Part shown: positions 39,446 through 51,775 of the stretch, piece after piece
How the letters are laid out: each line of letters begins with the position of its first letter
Numbering within the stretch: the stretch's first letter is position 1
Assembly (NCBI RefSeq): GCF_001194135.2
Contig: NC_068995.1
Location: 49,903,770 to 49,967,769, forward strand
DNA from: Octopus bimaculoides
Lineage: Eukaryota
Direction: 5' to 3'
DNA length: 64,000 nt
Notes under the pieces: generated by a model
Told to the model about the DNA's origin: nothing
The model's input: the letters and a program-made list of their open reading frames with translations, nothing else
Database searches by the model: none
Position numbers and translations under genes: made by a program

Positions 39446-42400
39446 AAAGAAACAATAAACCCATCTGTATGTTTATTGTCTCTTTTGTGAGAGAAACACA
39501 TTAACACAGTACATCATCCTGTTTGCAAGTACAGTGTGAAATGCATGCATATATATATGTGTGTGGTGTGAAGTAGAGTGTTGCTCGTTTTTTCTTAAAT
39601 ATTGTAGAGTTAGGATTATCATGGCTGTATTACTTCCCAGTCACAAGACTCCAGGTTCAGTCTACCTGTGTGGCACCTTGGGCAAGTGCCTTGTACTATA
39701 GTTTCAGGCAGATCAAAGTTTTCTGAGTAGATTTGGTAGATGGAAACTGAAAGAAGCCTGTCGTATACATATACGTATATGTTTGTGTTTTTGTGTTTTG
39801 TTTGTGCCCCACCATCACCACTAGGCAGCAAGTTTTGATATGTTTACATCCCTGTAACTTAGTAGTTTGGCAAAAGAGACCGATAGAATAAAAGGCGGCG
39901 AGCTGGCAGAAACGTTAGCACGCCGGGCGAAACACTTAGCGGTATTTCGTCTGCCGCTACATTCTGAGTTCAAATTCCGCCGAGGTCGACTTTGCCTTTC
40001 ATCCTTTCGAGGTCGATTAAATAAGTACCAGTTACGCACTGGGGTCGATATAATTGACTTAATCCGTTTGCCTGTCCTTGTTTGTCCCCTCTGTGTGTAG
40101 CCCCTTGTGGGCAGTAAAGAAATAAGAATAAGTACCAGGTCTTAAAACAAAAAAAAAAAAAGCATTCCAATGTGCCAGGGACCAGTAATATTTCTTAGTA
40201 ATATTAATTTATACCAAAAACAATATATATACAATGAATATAATAAAAGTTGACAATTTTTTTTAATCTTATATTTATTTTATAAACAAATAATACAATA
40301 TTACATATGCATTTTATAAGCATTTTATAATGTTTCTTTCTTTTCTGGAAACTTGCTACAGACCACCACTTTGAGTAGCACTGGTCTATATGCTATTTAA
40401 TGAAAACTATTTCTTATTTCAGCCATTAATGGTTGTGGCTGACCTTTCAAAGGAAGATGATGTCAAAACTGTGATGGAGAAAACCATTTCTCATTTTGGG
40501 AAACTAAACATTTTGGTAAATATATGTTTCTTAAATCTGCTGCAATTTCTAATGTTCCTGATCTTCACACCTTATCTTTAATCCTTTCTATACCTTTTTC
40601 GTTTTAAAGTATTCACTTAAAAACTAGTATCTTCCACCATCGTTTGAAGCGAAACTTTAATAAGTTATATTCCAGACACCAATTTAATTAATAATCCTTT
40701 TTACTGAAGGCACCAGGCCTGAAATTCTGGGGTGGGGCTACTTGATTACATCAACCCCAGTGCTCAACTGGTATTTTTTTTCATCAACCTCAAAAGGATG
40801 AAAAGCAACGTCGACCTCAGTGGAATTTGAACTCAGAATGTGAAGACAGCCGAAATACCGTTAAGCGTTTCGCCCGGTGTGCTAACAATTCTGCCAGCTC
40901 ACTGCCTTAACCAATTCAATTAATAATGAAAATTTTTCTTTTGATTCGTTATATTTTTATGTAAAACTTCAGTAAATTATGTTCCAGACACCAGAATGAA
41001 AATTTTTTTTTCTTGTTTTATAACAAATTTAAATATGGACTTCACATTAGAAATGTGGTTATGAAAGGGTTAAATGACATTCTTTTCCTTTTTGTTTTTG
41101 ATATTCTTTAACAATTTCATGGGCCCTTATTTTGTTCACTCTTTTTATTTGTGTGTGTGTGTGTGTGTGTTATGCCTTACCTCTGTACGATGTCTTGTTT
41201 CTACTTAACAATCCATGCTTATCATTTATTTTTTGTATGGTATCTACAGGTAAACTGTGCTGGAATTTTGGCGAATGGATCTATTGAAACCACTAGCTTG
41301 AAACAATTTGATGAAGTCTTTAACATTAATGTACGGTACGAAACTAAAATTTGGAATTAATCTTATAAATTAATTATTGGCTTGAGGAAAGAATTTTTTT
41401 TTTTTTTTTTTGCATCTTTATGAAGAATTCCTCCATTTTCGACTCTGTGATGTCTCTCCAATCACAAAAATATGTTATTTATTTCTCTCATCTCTTGTGT
41501 TGTTTGTAGTGCCAAAAGTGTTAGTTTTGTAAAATAAAATGTAATAGTGGAGACAATGGTTGGAGATTGTAAAATGAAGATAATCTCCAACCGTCTAATC
41601 AAAGCTGGAAATGTAGTAATAGATGATGAAATAGTTAAACCATGTGAACCAATTCACCCATCTTGAACAAATAATTTTGCTTAAAGGATAAAAATCAGAC
41701 CAAAGAAATTGAACGACAAATACAATTAGGATGGGCATTCTTTGATAAATTGAATCACATCATGAACAGTAAATTGTCCATGTGTCTAAAAAGAAAGGTC
41801 TTCAACCAGTGTATGCAGTCTACCATTATGTATGCATCAGAAACATGAACTGCCAACACAAGCATTGAAAATAAATTAAGATCAACACAAAGAACTATGG
41901 AGGGGAGAATGCTATCGTTTTATCTATATCTATCTTTCTTTCTTGCTATCAATCTATCTATCTTTCTTGCTACCTATCTGTGTGTGTGAGCATTAGTTAT
42001 GTAAATGATAAAATAAATATAAAAGATTTTTTGTTAAAAACTGGGTTCATTTCTTCCTCCAGGTCCATTTATCAATTGACCATGTTAGCAGTGCCTCATT
42101 TGATAACAACTCAAGGATCTATTGTGAACGTTTCCAGTGTAAATGGTATAAGATCTGTAAGTTGACGCCATTTAGATTTTCCAAGATTAAATTATAATTT
42201 TTGTATGTAAAAGTCAACTTCTCTTTTCAAGAAATTAATGTTTCTAGCTAAGTCTGTCACCTCAGTTGTACTACCTGCGAGTGAAATTCTGTTGATAGAA
42301 ACTGCATAGAAGATCTGCATGGCTGTGTGGTAAGAAGTTTGATTCCCAACCACATAGTTCTGGGTTCAGTCCCACTGTGTGGCACTTTAGGCAAGTGTTT

Positions 42401-45018
42401 TCTGCTATAGCCTCGGGCCGACCAACGAAAAGGATAACTTAGCGGTTCAGCAAACGAGACTGATAGAGTAAGTACCAGGCTTAAAAAAGAAAAAGTACTG
42501 GGATCGATTCATTTAAACTAGAAATTCTTCGAGGTGGTGCTCTAGCATGGCCACAGTCTAATGACTGAAACAAGTAAAAGATGGAAGATAAAAAAGATGT
42601 TCTTCTGAGGTAGTTAATTCATTGACTGGTTTAACAGCAACCCCTGGTTCTGTCATTTGAGAAATTAGCCAAGTTCTTAATTTAGAACTTTTTTTTTTTT
42701 AATTTAGTGCTCTTTCTTATGCTACAAACCCCACATTGGCTTAATCTACCCCATGTTAGATTAAGCACAAAGCCACATGTTAGAGAAGGAAACAATCAAT
42801 TGTATATACCCCAGTATTTGACTGGTATTGATTTAAACATTAGAATGACAAAAGACAAAGGGGATCTTAGCAGCATTTGAACTCAGAGCACCAAGACATA
42901 TAACTAACTAATGGCTGTAACACTCTACAAATTCTGCCAACTCACTGCCCTTGTTTCACGTTAATAAGGTTTGGATTACATATTGAATGGGTGAACTTGG
43001 AATAGCAATTTGACACATTTTATTCTCTGATTTTACTAAGATTACTTGGAAAGAGTTTATTCTTAAATATGTATATTCAGTCGGTTATAATCACTAAGTT
43101 AGATAACCTTAATGCATCTAAGCTGACTGTTTGGTATCCATGTTAATTCCTCTTTAGAAACTGACAGACAATGTTCTACCATTATTCTGTATTTATGACA
43201 AAGTCTTCCTATTCAATTCAGTTTACCATTTTTATTTCAGTTCCCTGGAGTTCTAGCATACAACATGTCTAAAAGTGCTTTGGATCAATTCACCTGTACT
43301 GTAGCTCTTGGTATGTTGATGTTTTTTCCTCATTTCTTTAAAATGTTTTTCAATTTTATTTTATTTTCAGTTCTGTGTTGTTTTGACCCTGGTCAAGCAG
43401 GCCTGTGATTAAGCGTTCCAGCCATTGTTGTATCTTGTTATTTTATAATGTATCTTAGTATTTTTCATCTTTCTCTATGTTTTGCAGAGTTGGCATCGAA
43501 GAAAGTGCGTGTAAACAGTGTCAAGTAAGTCTCATATCTTCACATTAGTTCTGTTAATGTTCAGATATTTATACCATTTTGTAGAATAAGTAATTCTTGT
43601 ACCATTATGTAAATGTGTAATGTTGCTTAGATTTTAATAAGTAGCTTTTTGATGTTATCTTTTGGCATTTATAAAAGTGAATCCTGATGACTCTTAAGAT
43701 AAAACTCATCAATTTGATTCTTATACCAAGCTATCACAAAGCCATGTGGTCTCACTGCAGAGTCCAACTGTAAAGCAAAAATATGTTTATTAAATATCAA
43801 AATGAATTACTAAAGATAACAATATTTTTAATATATTATCTTCAGTTAATCAAGTTAATGTTTAAATTTCTAGGGAACATTATAAATGCTAACTAAAAAT
43901 AAATGTGGTGAAAAAAAAAAATCAATATTAGTCAATGCTTAAATAATATTTTAATTAGTTCATAAAGTATGGGAGACAACTCTTGACATGCTTATGCCTT
44001 ATTATTTCCTCATCAGTGAAATTACCAGTTACTTTCAGATAAAGTTTATATCCAGTTACTTTTAGATAAAGCCTACAATACCCAGTGTGTCCTTATGTCC
44101 TTTCTCTTTTTATGATTTGAGAGATTTAATTGCTATTTCTAGCAGTGAAATGATTATGTAGCTGCTCTCTCATTAGTTTCAAGGATTCTGAAATCATAGT
44201 GATAATGCATGCCATAACCCACTGGGTCAAATGGCACAACTGAAAACTTCATTTCCATGTAGAGTGTATCTTGGACAAATTGAATTTCTCTAGTTCAAAC
44301 ACTCCAAATTATATACTCATAGGAATTGAACTCGGCACAGCAACTTAGCGAAACACTTGGTATTATACTGCTGTCACTGTTTATTATAATTATTTGTTCC
44401 TGGTCATGAGAACTATTTTAGCTTTGTGGACTGAGCCAGCCAGAGTTAAATATGGTGACCATGATGACTGGGTTAGTTAGTTAGTTCTCTCCATGATATG
44501 AGGTACAGGAAGCTGCAACACTATCTCTTCAACCGGCTCCGTTCTTTCCTACTGTCCTGGCCTCATTCCAACTTTTCCACCCTTCTTGTCTCCTCTCTGT
44601 GTCAATGGTCCTTTGCCATGTGGTTTTAGGATGCCCTGCAGCTCTTTTCATTAGGGTAAAGAGCCCTTAGCTGTTCACTTGGTCAGTTTTGGACACTTGT
44701 AACCATCACAATATGAATACAGATTAAAACTTGCTACCCCAGCTAAGTTGTTTGTACTTCTGATTTTTTTTTTTTCAGCCCTGGGGTTATCGTCACTGAA
44801 ATACACAAAAGAGGAGGCATGAGTGAAGAAGCTTATGCTCAGGTAAGGCTCGATATTTATTTAGTTTACTTCAGTCCCTTCTTGTAGCGGTTTGGCAAAG
44901 GAGACCAGTAAAATAGCACTATGCTTACAAAGAATAAGTCCTGGGGTCAATTTGTTCGACTAAAGGTAGTGCTCCAGCATGGCCACAGTCAAATGACTGA
45001 AACAAATAAAAGGATAAG

Positions 45019-45063
<45 letters not shown>

Positions 45064-46352
45064 CACGGTGGCCCCAAAATAGGTTTACAGTTATTCAACT
45101 ATCTCTTTCGCATTCATATATGTTAACAGTTTAGATCTTAATTATAAAAAAATATGAAACCATTATTCCATGCTAAGTTAGTTAATTGTAAGATAGAAAT
45201 TTAAGTGTAATAGAATGTTTTAAAAGTAATTTAAAGTGCCTACGTGAGAACTGTAAACCTACTTTTGGGCCACCCTGTACATACACATGCACACATACCA
45301 GATTTTTTTCTGTTTCCACCCACCAAATTCACTCACAAAGCTTTGGTCAGCCCAAATAGAAAACATTTCCCTAAGGTGCCACACGGTTGTCTTCTACTAT
45401 AATCCTGCTTGGCACAATGGTTAGTCGTACAGACCACATGTGTTCATATAAAACTTGGTGGTACAAAATACATTAGCAAACTGACTACATGTGCAGAGAC
45501 AAATCGTATTCATTGACTTTTGTGTGAAATCTGTAATATAATTGAAGCTAAGCTTCACATCAAACAGAACCATACATGTTTACTCTTTTACTTGTTTGTC
45601 ATTTGACTGCGGCCATGCTGGAGCACCACCTTTTTAGTCGAGCAAATCGACCCCAGCACTTATTCTTTGGAAGCCTAGTACTTATTCTATCGGTCTCTTT
45701 TGCCGAACTGCTAAGTTACGGGGACGTAAACACACCAGCATCGGTTGTCGAGCGATGTTGGGGGGGACAAACATATATACACACATACATATATACGACG
45801 GGCTTCTTTCAGTTTCCATCTACCAAATCCACTCACAAGGCTTTGGTCGGCCCGAGGCCATAGTAGAGGACGCTTGCCCAAGGTGCCACACAGTGGGACT
45901 GAACCTGGACCCATGTGGTTGTTAAGCAAGCTACTTACCACACAGCCACTCCTATGCCTGCTTATTTAAGTTGTATCATTTTACAGAAATATATATATAT
46001 ACATTGAGGTGACAAATTAAAAATATTGTTTAGCTATTTTCAGTTTTGACCACGTAACTGTGTGTGTTTTGACCACATAGCTAGGTGTCAGCCATGTAAC
46101 TGTATGTTTGTGTGCATATTGGTCGTATAGCTTTGTATACTGGTCATATATTTTGTACATCAGTCACCGTTTCCATAATGATTCTCCTTTCAGTTTCTGG
46201 AGAAATCCAGAGGAACCCATGCTCTTGGACGTGCAGGACAAGTCGACGAAGTCTCTAAGGCAATTGCCTTCTTAGCCTCTGATGCCAGTTCCTTCATTAC
46301 TGGAGCTTTGCTTCCTGTTGATGGTGGAAGACATGCCATGTGTCCACGATAG
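37836..46352 (+). CDS. Classical SDR oxidoreductase (FabG/3-oxoacyl-ACP reductase-like), paralogue A, 258 aa, 9 exons
   Basis: Exons: 37836-37878, 39249-39379, 40423-40515, 41250-41335, 42063-42156, 43241-43310, 43488-43524, 44779-44842, 46194-46352. All GT-AG; 777 nt, in frame. Exon lengths and phases 1-8 match paralogue B. Motifs: SGASSGIG, GRK, NCAG, NVSS, YNMSK, NPG, LLPVDGG. Confidence 0.95.
38359..39246. other. Assembly gap in SDR-A intron 1 (other large gaps: 3586-4333, 10457-10632, 37208-37475, 54538-54676)
   Basis: Runs of N; only the AG of the exon-2 acceptor is visible after this gap. Confidence 1.
39891..40130 (+). mobile_element. tRNA-derived SINE nested inside an older repeat in SDR-A intron 2 (relatives at ~2945-3110, 14400-14580, 21800-22010, 40700-40910)
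   Basis: GGCGGCGAGCTGGCAGAAACGTTAGC...GAGTTCAAATTCC head. The host repeat is interrupted at GATAGAATAA and resumes at AGAATAAGTACC (short AGAATAA duplication). Confidence 0.75.
41610..41912 (+). mobile_element. RTE-clade LINE remnant in SDR-A intron 4
   Basis: KEIERQIQLGWAFFDKLNHIMNSKLSMCLKRKVFNQCMQSTIMYASET*TAN...KLRSTQRTMEGRML, the typical RTE post-RT region. Confidence 0.85.
45775..45960 (-). mobile_element. tRNA-derived SINE (family also at ~2700-2860, 5000-5120, 8560-8720, 39620-39770, 42320-42425, 62275-62435), often abutting the preceding repeat
   Basis: Reverse-complement head AGGCATAGGAGTGGCTGTGTGGTAAG...GGTTCAGTCCC, followed by GGCACCTTGGGCAAG...GGCCGACCAAAGCCTTGTGAGTGGATTTGGTAGA. 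Confidence 0.8.
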
Positions 46353-47798
46353 AAACAGCAGAACAAGACTTGCTTTTTATTTTTTTAACCAAGATATTTT
46401 AGAAATAAACAGAAATTGGTTGTGTTTATTTTTCCATTTTGTTTCTCCTTTTTTCTTTCTGTTTACGTTTCTATGTTAGCATGTCTTTGGCTAATTGCTC
46501 AAGCACTAAACATGCTTGACCAAGCCTTGACTATAATACTGTAAAAGCACCCACTACACTCTCGGAGTGGTTGGCGTTAGGAAGGGCATCCAGCTGTAGA
46601 GAAACTCTGCCAGATCAGATTGGAGCCTGGTGCAGCTATCTGGCTTGCCAGTCCTCAGTCAAATCGTCCAACCCATGCTAGCATGAAAGCGGACGTTAAA
46701 TGATGATGATTATATGTATATATATATATATATGTGTGTGTGTGTTTGTCCCCTCACCATCGCTTGACAACTGACGCTGGTGTGTTTACATCCCTATAAC
46801 TTAGCGGTTTGGCAAAATAGACTGATAGAATAAGTACTGGGGTTGATTTGTTCAACTAAAGGCAGTGCTCCAGCATGGCCACAGGCAAATGACTGAAACA
46901 AGTAAAAGAGTATATATATATATATATTCAAACTACAATAAATGTAAACAAAGTTTGCTTATAGAAGTGCTGGGATCTATTGAAAGATACAGATATCGAA
47001 ATAGTTTATTCTCAAATGCAGAATAATACTGAGAGAATTTGAGCCTCATCTGAAGAGCAGTAAAATGATTCATCAGAATCCACAGGTAAACAAACAAATG
47101 TTGACAGAAATAATAAAGTTGGCGACAAATGATAATTATAATACGGATGGTGGAGACAATGACAGAAACCTAAACAAAAACACAGCACGATGTCAAAATT
47201 AAGGAAAAAAAAAAGATAATAATGAGGACAAAGGTTATTCAGTTTGGTTTGTAGAAGAGTTTATTAATACCACTGAAATAAAGTGGTTCGGTATTTAAGT
47301 GGTTTAGTTGAGTGTTCTACCACAGTTAATAGAATACGGTACATTATCAAGATACAATGGTGAATTAACAGGACTGCGATTATTATGATACTTAACACAG
47401 CACAAGTGTGTATTTGGGCAGCAGAAAATGTATCAAGGTTACATGTGTATATATACAGTATGTCTATGTGTGTGTGAGTATATGTATATATATATAAAAA
47501 TATACACACAACTATATATATATATATTCACATGCATATATAAAAATATGTACACAGGTATACATTATATATATATATAGATAGATACACCATATCTATA
47601 ATTATATATTTATATATGTATGTATATGCACACACACACACACAAGGTGATTCAGAAATCCCTTTAGCATTTAAAATGGTATATATATATATATATAAAA
47701 TTATTTTTCAGTGTTACAATTTTATTTTAACATGTTTTCAATATGATCTTTGCTATGTTATTGTGAATATTATTTGGTATGTTTATATATATATATAT

Positions 47799-48066
47799 AT
47801 ATTGTTTAATAAACACAGTATATATTTTTATGAGTTACTAATAGTAGTTTCATGTGATGAAAACAACACAGACAGCATTTTATAACATGTCTGGTGCCTT
47901 TGTACAATCTTCAGGCTATGCTCACATGACATATACAAGCATAGCTTGAAGATTGCACGAAAGCACCAAATGTGTCAGAAAATGCTGTCTGTGTTGGTTT
48001 CATTGCATGAAAGTATGAAACTATTTGTAGCTCATAAAAATATATACTGTATTCATTAAACAATAT
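47799..48066. mobile_element. Palindromic foldback MITE (~125-bp arms, 15-nt loop)
   Basis: Inner 75-bp arms 47848-47922 and 47938-48012 differ at 12 positions; outer arms extend to ATATTGTTTAAT / ATTAAACAATAT. Confidence 0.8.
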
Positions 48067-49282
48067 TTATCTCTCATCAGATGGGAGTACTTTTTTTGTT
48101 GATCTTACCTTTGCAGAACAGTGTACTATATATAACAGTATACTGCAGAGTGGTTGGTGTTAGGAAGGGCATCCAGCCATAAAAACCCTGCCAAAACAGG
48201 CGCAATAGCCTAGGGTAGTTTTCTACTTGGCCTGCTCTTGTCAACCATCCTACCCATGCATGCATGGAAGATGGATGTTAAACGATGATGATGATGATAT
48301 ATACATACACACATCATCATCATCATTTAACATCCATTTTCCAATATGTGTGTGTGTATTTTAGAAAGATGTCATTAACAAAATATGAGAAAATTTTTCA
48401 TTGTCCTAAAAATGGCAAAACATGAAGAAACAAACCTGTTCAATTGTCCAGGTATACCAACTGCACAGAGTGGTCTGGACAGCTGCCAGTAAAAACAGCA
48501 GGGCGGTAGACCAGCTATCCTGGAATCCCTGAGCCATGGCAGTTAACTGGTGTTGGTGTGGTTTAATGAATTCTGGTGTGTGTATGGAGGGAGGGAGGGA
48601 TGAAGGGTATCGTGTAGGGGTAGGTGAGAAATGTGAAAGAGAGGGAAACAAGATGTACCTTAAGCTCAAAAGAAAAAACCTGTTGTTAACTGGTTTATAT
48701 TAATGCTAAAGAAACTTTTCAATCACACTGACTATCTCCTTAAGCATGTGTACTAATGTAAATACATATGCATATATATATATACACACATATATATACA
48801 CACATACACACATATATATATATATATACATATGCATACATATATACATACCCAAACACACACATATATATATACTCTACCCAATGTATTGAGTTCTATA
48901 TTAGATAATGTTTGCACTATGTAAAATATATTTTCATATATCTTTACAACTCTTGCATTAAGAAATATATATATATATATATATATTTATGTATGTGTGA
49001 ATCTATATATATATACATACACACATACATATGCGCACAAACATATCGACATGCCAAAAAATTAGAAAATGCAGCAATGATGTGTCGAAGTTTTCTTTTA
49101 GAGGGTGAGGAGGAGGTGAAACAGGGTCACAAAGAGGAGATTGTTTGTGTGTAATGGAAGAATGAGTGACAAATGAATTCTTTTATTTTGGGGCAAAATC
49201 CACACCGCAGACCTTTTTTTTTTATTATTATTATTATTTACTTCGGAGTTGATTTCTGTTGAATTTTTTTCTTTCTTTCTTT

Positions 49283-51775
49283 TCATATACAATGGCCCCT
49301 TTTTCGCGTACCATAACAGGTGTATGCTTGGTCGGTATATCCATTTGTACTTTTCTTTCGGCTGTACGGGTATTGGGGCAGGAATTTCGATAAGAGATTG
49401 ATGAACTGCTTCTCCAGCAGAACCATGCATCGGTAAACTTCACTGTCGACCTGCAACGAGAAAGAGAAAGGTTTTAGAGAGATACTGATTACTATCAATG
49501 GAACAAAAAGGACGGGGGGGGGGGAGAGCAGAGGCATGGCTGAGGGGTTAAGGAATGAATTTCACAACCCCATGCTTTCAGGTTCAGTCGCACAGCATGG
49601 CACAGTAAGTGTCTTCCACAAGAGTACAGGGCCAAGCATTGTCTTGCGAGTGAATCTGGGAGATGAAAACTGTAAGAAGCCCATCAGTAAGAACTTTGCT
49701 TGCCAACCACATGGTTCTGGGTTCAATCTCACTGTGTGGCACCTTGGGTAAGTGTGTGTTCTACTATAGCCTCGGGCCAACTGAAGCCTTGTGAGTGGAT
49801 ATAGTAGACCAAAAGAAGAAGCCAGTTATATACATACATGTGTGTGTTTGTGTGTCCCCCACCACTGATTGGTAACCAGTGTTAGTGTGTTTATAATCTT
49901 GCAATTTAGCAGTTTAACAAAGGAAGCCAACAGAATAAGCACCAGGCTTTAAAAAACAAAAAAACAAGGATAGGGGTTGACTCATTTGACTAAAACGTTT
50001 TCAAGGTGTTGCCTCAGCATTTTCAGTCTAATGACTGAAACAAGAGATGAAAGATATGTCTATATATATATATATTTATATATATATATTTATATTTATA
50101 TATATAACGATGATGATGACGATGATATATATCATCAGTCAACATCTGTTTTCCATGTTGGCATGGGCCGGACGGTTTGACAGGAGCAGGCCAGCTGAAG
50201 AACTGTCCAGGCTCTGTGTCTGTTTTGGCATGATCTCTATGGCTGGATGCTCTTCCTAACACCAACCACTTTACAGTGTGTATTGGGTGCATTTATGCAA
50301 CACCGGCATGGGTCTGTTCCCATGGCACTGGTACGAGTGCATTTCATGTAGCACCAGCACCCACAAGCCCGTAATCATAAGTGTGTGCATGGATACATCA
50401 TCATCATCATCATCATCATCATCGTTTAACGTCCGCTTTCCATGCTAGCATGGGTTGGACGATTTGACTGAGGACTGGTGCAACCGGATGGCTACACCAG
50501 GCTCCAATCTAATTTGGCAGAGTTTCTACAGCTGGATGCCCTTCCTAACGCCAACCACTCAGAGAGTGTAGTGGGTGCTTTTACGTGTCACCTGCACGAA
50601 AACGGCCACGCTCGAAATGGTGTCTTTTATGTGCCACCCATATATACATATATGAGTGAGTGTTTAGTATGTGAGATATCAACAGATATGGGAGATGAGA
50701 AAAGAGGAGGGAGAGAAAAATAGGAAAGAAAGAAAGAATAAACCTTACTGAATTATAAATGGCACAATTACGGAACATGAGTGATAAATCTTCGACAAAA
50801 TTCTCAGTGTATTTATATTCTGCATCCACAACTTTATGTTTTATTGTTCGAAGGTCAATTGGGTTGGCAATTAATTCGTAATAATCAGGGACCTGAATAG
50901 AAAAGGAGACAAATAAAGAAAGATCATTTAGCAATTTACTGAGTAAAAGAATGTATTAATCCTTTAGCATTCAGATTATTCTGTTAAATCATCATCATCA
51001 TTGTTAGTCTGCCTTCCATGCTGGTATGGGTTGGATGGTTTAAAAGGAGCTGGTTAGGCAGAAGGCTGCACCAGACTTCTGTGTCTGTTTTGGCAGGGGG
51101 TTTTTATGCTTGGATGCCCCTCCTAACACCAACCACCCAGCAGAGTGGACTGAGTGCATTTTACATGGCATGAGCACAGGTGGTCAGTTTTGGCAGTTTT
51201 TACAGCTGGATGTGCTTCCAAATGCGTGGTAACCATGTTATAGGATTGGGATGACCAATGCCTTGTGAGTGAAATTTGATGGACAGAAACCTCTATGGAG
51301 GTTCAGCATCCATTTGTTCATTCGATTTAATGTCTGCTTTTCCATGCTAGCACGAGTTAACTGAATACAGTATTCAAGGCAACATTTTACCGCTAGATGC
51401 CCTTGCTAACACTAATCCTTATGGTATTATCATCACCATTCAATGTCTGTTTTCAATGGTTTGGACAGTTTGATGGGAGCTGGTGAGTCAGAGGACTGAG
51501 ACAAGTTTTGCTATCTTATTTTGGCATGGTTTTCTATGGTTGGATGCCCTTCCTAGTGCCAGCCACTTTACAGAGTATACTAGATGCTTTTTTACAGGGC
51601 ACCAGCATGCATACATGTGAGTGTGTGTGAGTGAATTCTAAAACATCAACTAAGGATAATTTGTGAATAATTAAATAAACAGAATTTCTTAACAAACCTG
51701 TCGTTCATCAACGGGAAGTCTGAAGGGCCAACTGTTCTTGTTTATTATCAACCGAATTAAAATTGCTTCACAAAT
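49283..51775 (-). CDS. BAZ1B: 3' end (bromodomain and C-terminus) of a BAZ1/WAL-family chromatin remodelling subunit, most like BAZ1B/WSTF; upstream exons not found in window
   Basis: Three phase-0 GT-AG exons: 51775-51698 (ICEAILIRLIINKNSWPFRLPVDERQ), 50892-50749 (VPDYYELIANPIDLRTIKHKVVDAEYKYTENFVEDLSLMFRNCAIYNS), 49450-49283 (VDSEVYRCMVLLEKQFINLLSKFLPQYPYSRKK...HCI*). WPF shelf, PDYY and the acetyl-lysine-binding YN are present. The CMV..E....LL.K.LP..PY.R tail resembles my recollection of the BAZ1B C-terminus. Confidence 0.75.
50423..50600 (-). mobile_element. Short retroposon with (GAT)n tail, RTE-LINE-related 3' end (near-identical copy 3415-3585; others ~1405-1590, 46545-46710)
   Basis: GTTTAACGTCCGCTTTCCATGCTAGCATGGGTTGGACG...GGATGCCCTTCCTAACGCCAACCACTC recurs and abuts (CAT)n runs. 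Confidence 0.7.

Noticed and set aside
29073-46352. SDR pair as a haplotype or assembly duplicate of one gene
   Set aside because: About 16-17% divergence in exons 4-5, different intron lengths and TE content, and different C-termini.
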